A DNA stretch of 64,000 bases, from NCBI RefSeq assembly GCF_018350175.1, contig NC_058369.1, positions 27,344,001-27,408,000 of the forward strand, in the 5' to 3' direction. Below the pieces are notes generated by a model. That model was not told the DNA's origin. It did not search any database and saw only the letters and a program-made list of their open reading frames with translations. The first letter of the stretch is position 1; each line of letters begins with the position of its first letter. Positions 1 through 11,440 of this stretch are shown one piece after another. This DNA comes from Felis catus. Taxonomy: Eukaryota. The translations under genes were made by a program, and so were the position numbers.

Positions 1-244
1 GATTAAAATTGTGAAATTTTATTGCAAAACAATCTAAAAGACACTAAGAAAATGATAAAAGACATGAAAATATGACATCAATCAAAATAATAATTGAATG
101 TAGATGACAGTTTAAAAATTAGAAATAAAAATTTAAAGAATTTGGAATTAGTGGCCATACTAGAAGGAATAAAATAATAAATAAACACAATAAATAACAT
201 CTAAGAAAAATAGTAGGTGCAAAGAAGGATGTTTTTAAAAATAG

Positions 245-462
245 GGGGCGCCTGGGTGGCGCAGTCGGTTAAGCATCCGACTTCAGCCAGGTCACGATCT
301 CGCGGTCCGTGAGTTCGAGCCCCGCGTCGGGCTCTGGGCTGATGGCTCAGAGCCTGGAGCCTGTTTCCGATTCTGTGTCTCCCTCTCTCTCTGCCCCTCC
401 CCCGTTCATGCTCTGTCTCTCTCTGTCCCAAAAATAAATAAACGTTGGAAAAAAAAAATAAA
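245..462 (+). mobile_element. Young felid Can-SINE (SINEC_Fc-type)
   Basis: GGGGCGCCTGGGTGGCGCAGTCGGTTAAG head, B box GAGTTCGAGCC, (CT) region, AATAAATAAACG plus A tail, 15 CpGs retained. Candidate TSD taaaaata at 236-243 and 463-470. Confidence 0.97.
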
Positions 463-706
463 TAAAAATAATTAAAAAAAAACCCAAAGAGATACAAAGG
501 ATTTATATGAGATTGACAAATATCAGAGATAGGCAAAAAATGTTTTAACTCTATAGATAATAGGAGTTCCTGAAAAAGGATACTGCAGCAAGGGAGCAGA
601 GCAAATACTAAAAGGGATAATCAAGAATATTTTTTTTCTTGAGTCAAAAAAAAAAAAAAAACCCAAACAAACAACAATGATGACAACAACAACAACAAAA
701 TGAGGA

Positions 707-927
707 GGGGCACCTGGGTGGCTCAGTTGGTTGAGCATCAGACTCTTGATTTTGGCTCAGGTCAGGATCCCAAGGTCATGAGATCAAGCTCCGCATCAGG
801 CTGCGAGCTGACAGTGTGTATCCTGCTTTGGTTTCTGTCTCTCTCCCTCTGCCCCTCCCCAGCTTGTATGCATGCATGCATGCATGCACACACTCTCTAA
901 CATAAACAAACAAACAAACAGACAAAA
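707..927 (+). mobile_element. Older Can-SINE
   Basis: ggggcacctgggtggctcagttggttgagc head, CpG-decayed body, internal (ATGC)n expansion, (CAAA)n tail. Confidence 0.93.
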
Positions 928-2049
928 ACCCTAAAAATTAAAGTGCATATTAAAAAGGCTCACTTTTCAGTATCAATCAACTGCCAGATACATTCTAATA
1001 GAATGTCTAGATTTTAAGAGAAACAGGAAAGGAAAATATATGAGGCATCTAGGCAAAAGGAACACATAACTTAGGAGAGAAAGAATAATCGATTTCATCA
1101 GACTTTTTCATAGCAACACTTTATTACAGAAGAAAATGTAATAAAGAAGATGTGAGTGAAGAGTTAATGTCTACCAAAAAGAATCTTCTAGTATAAAAGG
1201 CACAGATAAAAATAATATGTAAGGATATCTTCCCATCATGGTTTTTGTTTGTTTTTAAAGAAATCTACTAGAGAATTAGCTTCAGATCACCAGAATGACT
1301 AGAGACATCAGTGCAAAAACTGGGATGGGACATTAAATGAACTTGTATATCTATGACAAAAAAGGGAGATTATGCTAAGTAGTGGTTATATGATCTGACA
1401 GTGCAGACATAGTACAACCAAAAATGGAGGAAAATTGAAAGACATATGTAAAAAAATGTTATAACTATTTTCAGGAATAATAATTGGTGATGTTAGTATT
1501 GTTATTCTGAGATTCATGTATGTATACAGATGTAATCTGGGAAAATTATAAGTAAAATTCCTATAGTCCCAGATTGAATTATAAATATTATTATAAATTC
1601 ATGAGGTATTCAGGCTTTGAGCATTAATTACTAGTAACATTAAAACAAACAAAAAAAGCAAAAACAGAGCAATACAATGTGTCTTTGGGTAAAACAACAC
1701 ATTACCAGCCTGTGTCTTGCTAAAGGGATCAAACCTGATCTGGGTTTGGCTGTCAACTTGTGAGAAATACTCAGGACAGAGGAACATGTTCAATTGCCCA
1801 TAAGTGTGTAAACAACAAATCCCAGACAGTGGGAAACCCCCACTGGTCAAATGGCCCAGGATCTTTAACAGATAAATACTAAGAGATGGAGGAGGGAACA
1901 TCTTGGCTAGGAGACCTTCTCCATCTTGTTGGTTTATTGGAAAATAGAAGAAAAAATTAAGAATTCATGTAAAACTTTTAGAATTATTTAAAACCTTGGT
2001 TTTATGATGAGAAAATTTAGGAAAGATTTGAGGATTCAACTCATGACAA

Positions 2050-2280
2050 TGATAGTAATAACTATTTATGAAAGCCTATCATGTGACTCTATACTATACT
2101 ATAATGTATTTATTATCTCTAATCTTCACAATGGTTCCGTGAAATCGTGACTATTATCCCCATTTTATGGTTGAGGAAATAGAGACACTGAAAGGTTAAG
2201 TAAATTACACAACAGACTTATAGCAAAGTCAGTGTGCCAACTGAGGCCTATGGACTCCATATAGCCCATAATTTTCAACG
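2050..2280 (-). mobile_element. MIR
   Basis: attatccccattttatggttgaggaaatagagacactgaaaggttaagtaa matches the reverse MIR core. Confidence 0.8.
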
Positions 2281-4355
2281 ACATGATGTAACAAATTATA
2301 TTTAAAATGTGTGTTAAGAAGCCTATGTTGTAACCTTAATGTTAACACTTAGGAACTTAAAAAGGCCATTTGTGTTAATATGTCTTTTGTTATTGTCCAG
2401 ACATAAAGCTAAGAAGAATGGTGTGGTATTACTACTTGAGTATTAACCATAATGGTATCTAAGCATCCACATATCCAAAAGAATTTATATTGGACATAAA
2501 TTTTTGGCTCGCTAGAGATGTCATATTTTTAACTCCTTTTCTGTGCTTTGAGAATAATTGTCAGCCACTGCTTCTAAACATTTTATCACTTTCAATCTTA
2601 CTTTGCACCTCTCATTTTATGGAGATTTTGTTTAGCTACTTAAAATCTTGGTTTCTGATAGCATCAGAACAAGAAGATTTTGATGATGCCCCTGAGGCAA
2701 AATGAGAAATCATTAAACTGTATCAGTATTCTACAGCTGGTCCCTCATACTATGGAACTAAGCTTCTTGAAGGAAATGACTGTTGAGAGACTGACCCAAT
2801 GTATCTGGTTCTCTGCTTAGCACAGCCCAAATATTCCATGCATGGTAAACAGGGAGAAGTCTCTTAATATGGCACTGATTTTAGGGAATTTCTCATTCTG
2901 TTTGACATACAAATTTATAATCCATTTCACCCCATAATATCTTTATTCAGACACCACCCTGGGAAGCAGTATGATCTTTTAGCATCATGGACCACCCCAG
3001 TGATTTCTGGAAGGGATTGCAATAATAATATTTCAATTTGCTCTAAGGCCAAGAGCTTCATCTATTGAACTTTTCCTTTCTATTTCCTTCCCTGTCCAAC
3101 TCATTCTCACTCAGCTTAAAGCTCATCTTGAAATGGTGTTAAATCTAATACCACTCTCAGATTTCATCAATCTTTGAAGTTGGCCGGAGCTGCATAGAGT
3201 AAAAAGGCAAGCAAAAAATGGGCCTCTATAAATTAGAGACTGGAAAATACCTATCAGAACACCCAGATTCTGATAAAACTTTCCCCTCCAATATACAGGG
3301 TTTGAAAATTGAACTGGTTTTCTCCTCTAAAATGCCTTAAAATTTTTTTTTAAATCTCCTTTGTAATGGTTTGTGATTCCTTGGGCATCCGTTCACTGTT
3401 CCATACTACTTCAGTTTCTTTACTTTTGATTTAAAAATAAAAGTGATAGCTTTTGCCATACTACTGATTGCCCGGAATTCTGTTTCTCCATCATCTGCAT
3501 ATTATTTAGTTCCTTTCCTGAAGGCTTTAAGGTCCTACAGAGTTGATATAAATGAAGTTGGACCCCTGCCCAGCAATACAGAGACCCACTGAGCAACATT
3601 TCACATTGAAGGTCAATGCATGTTTAAGGGTATAGAGAGAAAAGATTAGCCATGGGTGTGTTTCACATCTAGGAAAGATGAAGCCAGAGAAAATCATCCT
3701 CTCCTCCTTGGAAGACTTTGGACGAAGGGGATTCTTAGGAACTGTTTACATGATGGGTGAGAGACCACTAACTTTACAAAAATTGTGTGTTGATAAATAA
3801 TATAGTTTCTAATCATTTAGGTATTACAAGAAGATTATTACAAAATTGTGCAGCCAAATCTAGGTGAGGAGTGGCTCTTTAAATTTGATCACCCAAAGTA
3901 TTCTTCAGATAATCTAATCTTCGCTTCTGAGTGTTGGTGTGTAGGTGTTTGTGCATTTATGTGTGGCATATCCAATTTTGGTTGATATGGGCAATAATTT
4001 TAAGGACAATATAAAATAAGATCCATAGAATCATTGGAAAATGTAATAAATTTGCACAGTGAAGTGTCTTTGGGATTGATTAGGGCTGTTTTGCATGACT
4101 TAGTAAAGGTGAAGTGTCATCTCTCTTCTCTTCAGACAAATGAGTTTAGTTATTTCAATGAAAGATTTTTATGGAAAATGATCATACTCTTTTCTACTAT
4201 AAACTTTCAGACTATAATTTTTATAGCGGTCATGTCTCCCTTATATTTTATTTGAAATTCAGACTTCTATTTCTCTCTCAGTTTTTAGAGGGAACTTAAT
4301 TTACTTAGTGATTTATCAAAATATTGTGATCATCAGTAAATACCCATAATCTTGG

Positions 4356-4358
4356 TTT

Positions 4359-4397
<39 letters not shown>

Positions 4398-4413
4398 TTA
4401 TTTATTTATTTAT
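4356..4413. repeat. (TTTA)n microsatellite
   Basis: Direct reading; one TTA interruption. Confidence 0.97.
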
Positions 4414-4589
4414 TAGCTGTAAGTAAGAAAAACATCAGGAACCCCTGGAAGATTTAATCACAGGTTCTATTTTAGACTGAACTTTGGCCGAATGGCTTGG
4501 GCAAATCACTTAATATCTTCAGACTTCAGCTTCCCCATTTTTCCCAAATCCACAATGTCTAAAACTTTTATTCTCACCAATACCAAGCT

Positions 4590-4995
4590 AATAAATGAAT
4601 ATATGCATGCATGGGTTGATGCAGGGATGGAAGCATGGGTGAATGCATGGTTGCATAGATAGATGCATGTTTGGGTGTGTAGATGGATAAATGGTTGGAT
4701 ATGTAGATGGGCACATGGACGAGTACAAAGATGGGTTCGGGGTTGAATGCATGGATGAATGCATAGATGGGTGCATGGGTAAGTACATGGATGGGTTCGG
4801 GGATGAGGGCGTGGATGAATGCATAGATGGGTGCATGGATGGGTTCTGGGTTAAGGGCATGGATGAATGCATAGATGGGCGCATGGTGAGTGTATAGATG
4901 GGTTCTGGGTTGAGTGTGTGGACGAAAGCATAGATGGGTGCACGGGTGAGTGCATAGATGAATGTAAGTTGGATACATGGATGGACTCATGGACT
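4590..4995. repeat. Degenerate (GGAT/GCAT)-based minisatellite with 48-60 bp higher-order units
   Basis: atgggttcKggg recurs at 4731, 4791, 4839 and 4898; gcatagatggg recurs in each unit. Confidence 0.92.
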
Positions 4996-6230
4996 GAAGG
5001 ATGGTGGGAAGGAAGGATATAAGGGCACAAATAAATGTTTAAAATTTATAAAAAAAAACATAATTCAACAGAAGAAAAGTGTACAAAAGTAAAATTTGAG
5101 AAACTGCTAAAATTTATTGAAATGTTCATTTGCTCCCAAAAGACACTATTGTGCCTAACATACCTTACAAGTAATCTTTAGAACTTTGTGCCAGGCCCCA
5201 TGCTATATAATGTTTGGTATGTTTTCATTTGTAAAGGGCCTCTGTGGTTGGTACGGCTGGCACTTTATGGCGAAGGTCCTCCATCTTTACAGTAACGACT
5301 TTGCAATTAACAAGAACAACTTAGCTTCTATCCAGTCCAGTTCTTTGTCAGATTTGCAAAAAGAGGTACTAAGCATCAGTCTGAAGGGTTCCTTAGTCCA
5401 TGGAGAGCCCCGTGATATACATAAAGCCAAGGGGAGAACTATTGTGTTGTTAATTTGTTTTGTTAGATTAATGATTCTTCTGTTAATATTTAACCTTTTG
5501 TCAAATTGTGATGCATAGGCTTGTACATCTAGATCAATACAAATGAATAATGGGACAGGCATATTTTTTCATCTCATTTCTTTTCCCACTAGTACACACT
5601 GTTTTATTGGCAATATGTTTCAAATGGCCTGTAATTAATTAAACAGAGAATGACGTATCCTTTTACCACATGAAAAGAAACACCATGGTGCAAACCTACT
5701 GTCTTCATTCTTCCTGTGAAGCAAACTGGGACTGATTTAGATTTTTCCTACATTTTCTTCCCGTTTAATCTTTCCTGAGGATTTGGAATAGTAAAGGAAT
5801 CTCCTTGAGGTCTGGTTTGAGAGGAGGGAAATGGTATGCTTCATGGAATGCTAGCATATCAGGTGCAAGGCACTATGTCTAGAGAGGCAAATCTGAAAGC
5901 TTCTATGCGTGTTGGTGATTAGCAACATCTAAGGTCTAATTGGCAGTGGTGCTAAATAAGAAATGAATGAACACCTGGGAATTCCTTTCAATAACATGGG
6001 CTAAAATTATATTGCTTTCTCTCAGAATAGACAAGAATGATAAAGTACACGTCTCCTTAGTCCCTCACAATATCACTTTGCCAGTTCTTAATTTTAAAGG
6101 CATCCTTGTTTATCTATTCTTTTAATAAAATTTGTCATGGCAAAATCTTTATCCCACACAGTGCCCGGGCTATAGGACACAATGACTTGGAACAAGGTAT
6201 ACGCTGAATAAATCTTCTCCGCTCTATTCT

Positions 6231-6464
6231 TTTTTTAAAAATTGTATTCCTTTTTTTTAAACATTTACTTATTTTTGAAAGAGAGAGAGACAGAACATGA
6301 GGGGGAGGGGCAGAGAGACAGAGAGAGATACAGAATCCAAAGCAGGCTCCGGTGACTCTGAGCTGACAGCAGTGAGCCCGATGTGGGGCTTGAACTTAGG
6401 AAATGTGACGTCTTGACCTGAGCCAAAGTCGGATGCTTACCTGACAGAGTCACCCAGGTGCCCC
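6231..6464 (-). mobile_element. Can-SINE
   Basis: Reverse head ...cacccaggtgcccc. Degenerate TSD ttctccgctctattct (6215-6230) and ttccctgctatattct (6465-6480). Confidence 0.95.
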
Positions 6465-8249
6465 TTCCCTGCTATATTCTTGCTGACTGGTTGTTTCTTT
6501 CCTTCCTGAGAAGAGGCATCAATTTTACCTCACATTTGTGTAATTGAGAGTTTCTTAGTGGTTCCTTACTTGGGTGGTGCTTGAGAAACAGAAAACTTGC
6601 AGAACAGCAGTGTTTTTCTTCAATTACCTTTTCTCCCAGGACAGGAGATCACAAGACCACTGTCCAGTGCTGATAATCTGGTTAATAGATGCCTTTGGTC
6701 ATGGATTTACATCTGGGATTTAGCTATGTAAACTTTGCCAGATATGAGAACCTCCGCTTGGGAGCTGTTTCCCAAGGCAGCAATTTCCTGTGAACATCAG
6801 ACCCTTGTAGGACACATTTGTTTCTTTCTGACTAGGGGCTGTGTAACCATGGGCTGCTTTCATGTCCTCTCCAGCTTGAAGGTGCACCATTGCCCTTTCC
6901 CTCCATGCTGCCAATCTCAACGACAGGAACAATCAGGTCTTAATGTTGAAGGGCACTCACATCAACCCCTGTCTGTTTCCACCGACCTGTGGGTACAGGT
7001 TTCCTGACTGATGGCTGACCTAGAATCCAAATGAGCTGAGTCCAAGCTGAACTTGCTTCTCTGGTTGATATTTTAGCCATCTGTTGACCCTCTGTAGCTC
7101 AGTCAAGAGTTTTTAACCCTGACAGCACAGATAAAAGAGACATGGGTTGAATTTGCCAACTTTTCTGTATTTTTGTTCCACTTTTCCCTATATTTTTTCT
7201 CTTTATTTCCCAAATCAGTGGGCATATTTAAGTTGCATGAAAGGCCCACTATTTGCATACATGGTGTACTTAGCTATTTCTCCCTCTAAACTATAGGGCC
7301 AAGATAATTCAGGTCTCATTGGGATCTGCTCAAAAATGTTGGTGGAATAAATGAAGTGATAGGTGAATGAAAAGATGGTATGCAGGTGAATCCAATGTGG
7401 ATCTGCACCCATGGCTAATGATGAAGTCAAGGATTTTATCCAACATTCATATATCAACACTGACTCTGTGGTCTGATTTAGCTTATCTTCTCTGAAGATA
7501 GAACCATGAACCACATTAGTAGGACAACAGCTTTGAGTTCTTCCAGTTAGTGGTGACAGAGCCAATCACCACATGACCAATACTATAATAATTAGCATAT
7601 GATTACAATAATCACCAGGGCATGCCTCCCTAGTCACTGTTAAGACTGGTAGTACATTTGCATATTGGCCTCTGCCCCTACTTGGTGTCTTTAATGCTAG
7701 CTCTCTTCCTCCCAAGCGCCGCCCCCCCCCCCCTCCGCACTGCTGACCACTGCCTCCAGAGTGTACACACCATGCTCCAACACTCCAGTGCCATTCTGGG
7801 CACTGGGCCTTCTCATGCTTGGCCTTCTTTTGAACCTGTTCAAGTGCTTACACAATGCTTCCATGCTCTATCTTACGTGGACAATTTGTATGGCTTCAAT
7901 ATAACTGACCCTTTGCTTTGTTTTTCTTCAGATAGGAGCAGCAAGGTAATTATCTCAGGTGATTACTCCTCCAGCCCTTTAAGTCAATATTCCAGAGGCT
8001 GGCCTATCCCTTAAAAAGGAGGATCCCATAGGCCTACACCTGAGATAAAGGGTAAACTTGGGAACTCAGGGGGAAAAAAAAGGACTTGAGCAAAGAGTAC
8101 CAATGACTGAGAGCTATCAGGCAAACAGCATCATGAGCTCTTAAACCATTTGGGTCTCGGAATTCCTGGGACTCTTCTTTAGAAAAAAAGTGTGTCCTAA
8201 CACACTGTAAAATTTTGTGCAACAATAGCTATTACAGTTACTTGGAACA

Positions 8250-8440
8250 CTAACATATTGACCACTTTCTATGACCAAAGCCCTCAATTAATCCTCCTAA
8301 AACTTTGGCATAGTAGATTCTATTGCATTGGTTTATGACATAGGAAGGTGAAGCTCAAAGAGATTATCCATCTTGACCAAGCTCATAGAGTTAGTGAGTG
8401 GAAGAGCCAAGATCTGGACACCCAGTCAAAGTCCTTAACG
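8250..8440 (-). mobile_element. MIR
   Basis: aggaaggtgaagctcaaagagattatccatcttgaccaagctcatagagttagtgagtggaagagccaagat. Confidence 0.7.
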
Positions 8441-9101
8441 ACTATCACTTCCGGTTCTCCCCCTCCCCCAAATAAATGGGTCTCTTTGGGCAACAGTATC
8501 TTCTCATTTATAGAATACAGAAATAGCTTTGTATAATATCAGGTTTCTAGGAAGACTGCAAATGTCAGGAAATAACAATGTTGTCAAACACTTTGCATAT
8601 AGAAAATGCTAAATCAAGCTAAATTAAATTCGACAGAGTTCTAGACATTTAAGAAGCCTTTATTAAACCCCTGCTGTGCTGGGCACCCAGCCGTGACTTG
8701 GGTTAAGCCTAATACTACTTAATTTATGAAAATACTGTTATAATTATTCTGTTTCTTACATTTAGGTGCCCTCAAGAAGAAAGTACAATTTACAATTAAA
8801 TATAAATTATTTATCCCAATTTTCTGACTTCTATTCCATTCAACACCCTTTTAAGAGGTACCTAACCATAGTAGACACATCTTACAAGGTCTTGCATAAT
8901 TCATGATTACTGCCCTTTGCCCACAATTACCGCTTCTTTGACACTCATGGAGGTGGGTTACCTAGAGCCATGTTTGACCATTTATTCCAGGTAGGGCCAA
9001 TCAAGCTTGCTCTTCTGTGAATTTTATATTTAAATTTAGAATCTGTTCCTTAGTCTTTGCATGTGACTGGCATGTGATATGTGAATTATTTAGACAGAGA
9101 C

Positions 9102-9124
9102 GGGGGGGGGGGGGGGGGGGGGGG
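9102..9124. repeat. G23 homopolymer
   Basis: Direct count of 23 consecutive G. Confidence 0.95.
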
Positions 9125-9690
9125 CAGACTGCAGAGGGGAAGGAGAAAGCAGAAAAGAAACAAAGATGAGAAACTTTGTATCTTAAAAGAGGTCGACACA
9201 AAGCAAGAGCACACAGGAGCCATGAAGAGAAACGTAGAGTTGAAAGCAGAAATGCCCAGAAGAACCCCTATGTGGTGGTAAAGCTGACCACTCATAACGC
9301 TGCATTTTGTGGAGTGAGGACTTGGTCCTGACAAAGTATATTAAAAGCATGGGTAACCAAGGATGCCTTTAAAATTAAGAACTTGCAAAGTGATATTTTG
9401 AAGGACTAAGGAGATTTGTACTTTATTATTGTTTTCTGGTCTGGGAGAAAGCCTTGAAATTTTAGACCATGAAATTGGATGGGATGCCCAGCTAATGTTT
9501 CACTTCTTATTTAACAATGATTTCCCAGTAATGTCCCAGGTGTTAATAAAGGACACAGTGTTGGGACCGACTGATAGCTTTACCTTTTCTGCATTCCTCC
9601 ACATATCCCTTCTGATGTCAAGACTAACCTTCTGGTTGGACTACTTGGTTTTATGTTTTTGCTTTTGTTTTTGTTTTTTTTCCTTTGCAG

Positions 9691-9720
9691 AATATGCTGC
9701 TCTGTATAAGGAGCTCCTTG
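9691..9720 (+). other. Candidate 30-nt exon (EYAALYKELL if phase 1)
   Basis: ACTAAC branch site at 9623-9628, no AG until the acceptor, long T-rich tract, ttgcag|A acceptor, TTG|gtgagg donor (alternative GAG|gtaggt 5 nt further). No transcript or protein evidence. Confidence 0.3.
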
Positions 9721-10729
9721 GTGAGGTAGGTCCACCTCAATCAGAGTGAGGTCATAGAGAAGGTGATGGTGAGGCTCCTGCTATTCTTTTTACACCTCAT
9801 GGCCTCATCTGGATTGGTAAACCCCTGATGCTTTACCTGTGCCTTCACCCACTTGAACAGCTGACCTTTTGTGTTGTCTTCCAAAGTTTCTTGACTGCAT
9901 GTTTGATGTACTCGTGACTCTGATAAGGGTCAGTTCTGGTCTTGACAGTCATTCCAGAACATTTATGAAGGCCCTAGGGTAAGAGCTGAGAACATGCAGT
10001 TTATGAAAGAGCCTTTAGGTTTGTGAGATGTAGCCTTGCTTAGGATTCCTTAGTAATGAGAGAGACCATTAGCTCCCTCTACCCCCAAGCAACTGTATTT
10101 GTATTACATTATAAACCAACTCATTAAAGAACAGAAGGCTTATGCCAGGCCTAATGATCAACTCTGCAACTAGAAAGCATTACAGTTTTGCTTCTTGTTT
10201 TATTTTCCCTTTCACATGCATGAAATATGGGGGCCTTTAGTCAAAAAGTGTCTGAGTGAAGCTGAGTCATCTGGTGTCTGAAATGAGACATTTCCTGTAA
10301 TCAGTGTAAGGTGGTCCCAGAACAGACCATGAAGCTCCTCACTCTCATCCAGGGTGGTGAGGAGGACTCTCCAAGCTGGCAGAGCATCCCCGGTTGTATC
10401 TGAAGGGTGGAGCAGAAGTGTACACTGTAACTCTCCAGGTTTGGGCTGCCAAATAGACCTTGAATGTCAAGATGTCAGTGGTAAAAAATTTGGCATTCAG
10501 ATTATCAATTGCATTGTCCCATTCGGAACAGGTGGCTCATGTGGATGAAAATTGGAAAGTCATTTTGTATCCATTTTATAAAGCTCTCTCATTGAGTAAG
10601 ACATTTCTAGTTATCTTTGTTCAAACTCTACTCCCTGCCAGCCTATTCCTGTTGTGAATACCTTTTGGGGTATCTTTCAGGTCACTAGTGTCCCTTTAAC
10701 CTCACTATCAAAAGCAATGGATCTCCTTC

Positions 10730-11285
10730 TTCAGCAGCCATCCTGTGCAATGCGACATCTGGTCCAATCTCATTAAACTAAGCTTGGGTACCATTTTACC
10801 CAAGGTGGACCAATTAGAATCCTTTTCTTCTAAAATGGAATTGAGATCAACAGAAATCAGGGAGACTGTCTGCATGTGGCTGGGCATGTAGCATCTATAC
10901 TCAGGAACTAGTGAAGTAGTCTTTTGTTGTGCAGCCTGGAGCAAAACGAGGTAGCCTTCAAATGATGCAGATTCACAGAGAGAAACAGAAACAAAGGATT
11001 AGGAGACAGCATTGCATGAATTCCTGGAAGCATCCTGGGTCCAATGTGAACCTTTCTTGAGAACTGGCTTCATTCCTGACCTTGGTTTCCATGTAGGATA
11101 ACAGCATAATCTGGTTTGTCCAACTAATTATAACAGTGCTCCCCTTCACTGTTGACACAGTAACGTCCACAGACATCCTATTTCTTAGGAACATCAATTT
11201 TGTTTCTGTAAGAGAACACCCCTTTTGCTCTCTGGTTCCAGTTGGTTTTTCTCACTTGCGTTACAACCAATGCGTGTAGCAGCCT
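10730..11285 (+). mobile_element. Old ERVL/MaLR-type solo LTR (LTR16/MLT1K-like)
   Basis: ggtggaccaattagaatcctt...ggaattgag and terminal ccagttggtttttctcacttgc...aacc motifs. Confidence 0.6.
11094..11188 (-). mobile_element. MER81-like hAT MITE remnant nested in the LTR
   Basis: taggataac...ggtttgtcc...taattataacagtgctccccttcact resembles recalled MER81. Confidence 0.5.
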
Positions 11286-11299
11286 TAACAAATAGGCAT

Positions 11300-11440
11300 T
11301 TTAGTGAGTTATCTTCATTTTGCAGATGAGAAAACCAATGCTCTGGGGATTTAGGCAAATCATCCAAGATCAAACATCTAATAAAATGGTGGAGCTGGGG
11401 TATCAACCAGACCTGGCCACCTCCAAAGCCTGAGCAGTTT
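11300..11440 (-). mobile_element. MIR
   Basis: cattttgcagatgagaaaaccaatgctc...atccaagatc...ggtggagctggg. Confidence 0.8.

Larger units (their letters stand above)
1..1880 (+). mobile_element. Ancient, decayed L1-family block (HAL1/L1MC-like, ORF1-like region plus 3' UTR-like part), interrupted by two Can-SINEs
   Basis: A-rich + strand with recalled L1/HAL1 motifs (ataataggagttcctgaa, atcagactttttcatagcaacac, aatctactagagaattagcttcaga, cagaggaacatgtt...caaatcccagacagtgggaaac). No intact ORF. Subfamily uncertain. Confidence 0.6.

Noticed and set aside
245..325. tRNA-like sequence with A and B boxes
   Set aside because: It is the tRNA-derived head of a Can-SINE, not a tRNA gene.
201..900. ORFs overlapping Can-SINEs (also 6265, 13975, 17280, 22009, 27477, 40743, 47510, 50330, 60531)
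   Set aside because: Typical SINE-derived pseudo-peptides (ERERE, LSLSL, WVAQL).
4731..4960. CRISPR-like periodic repeat
   Set aside because: The apparent spacers are themselves related repeats, there are no cas-like ORFs, and the context is mammalian.
4574..4990. His/Pro/Met-rich and MDG-repeat ORFs
   Set aside because: These are translations of the minisatellite in several frames on both strands.
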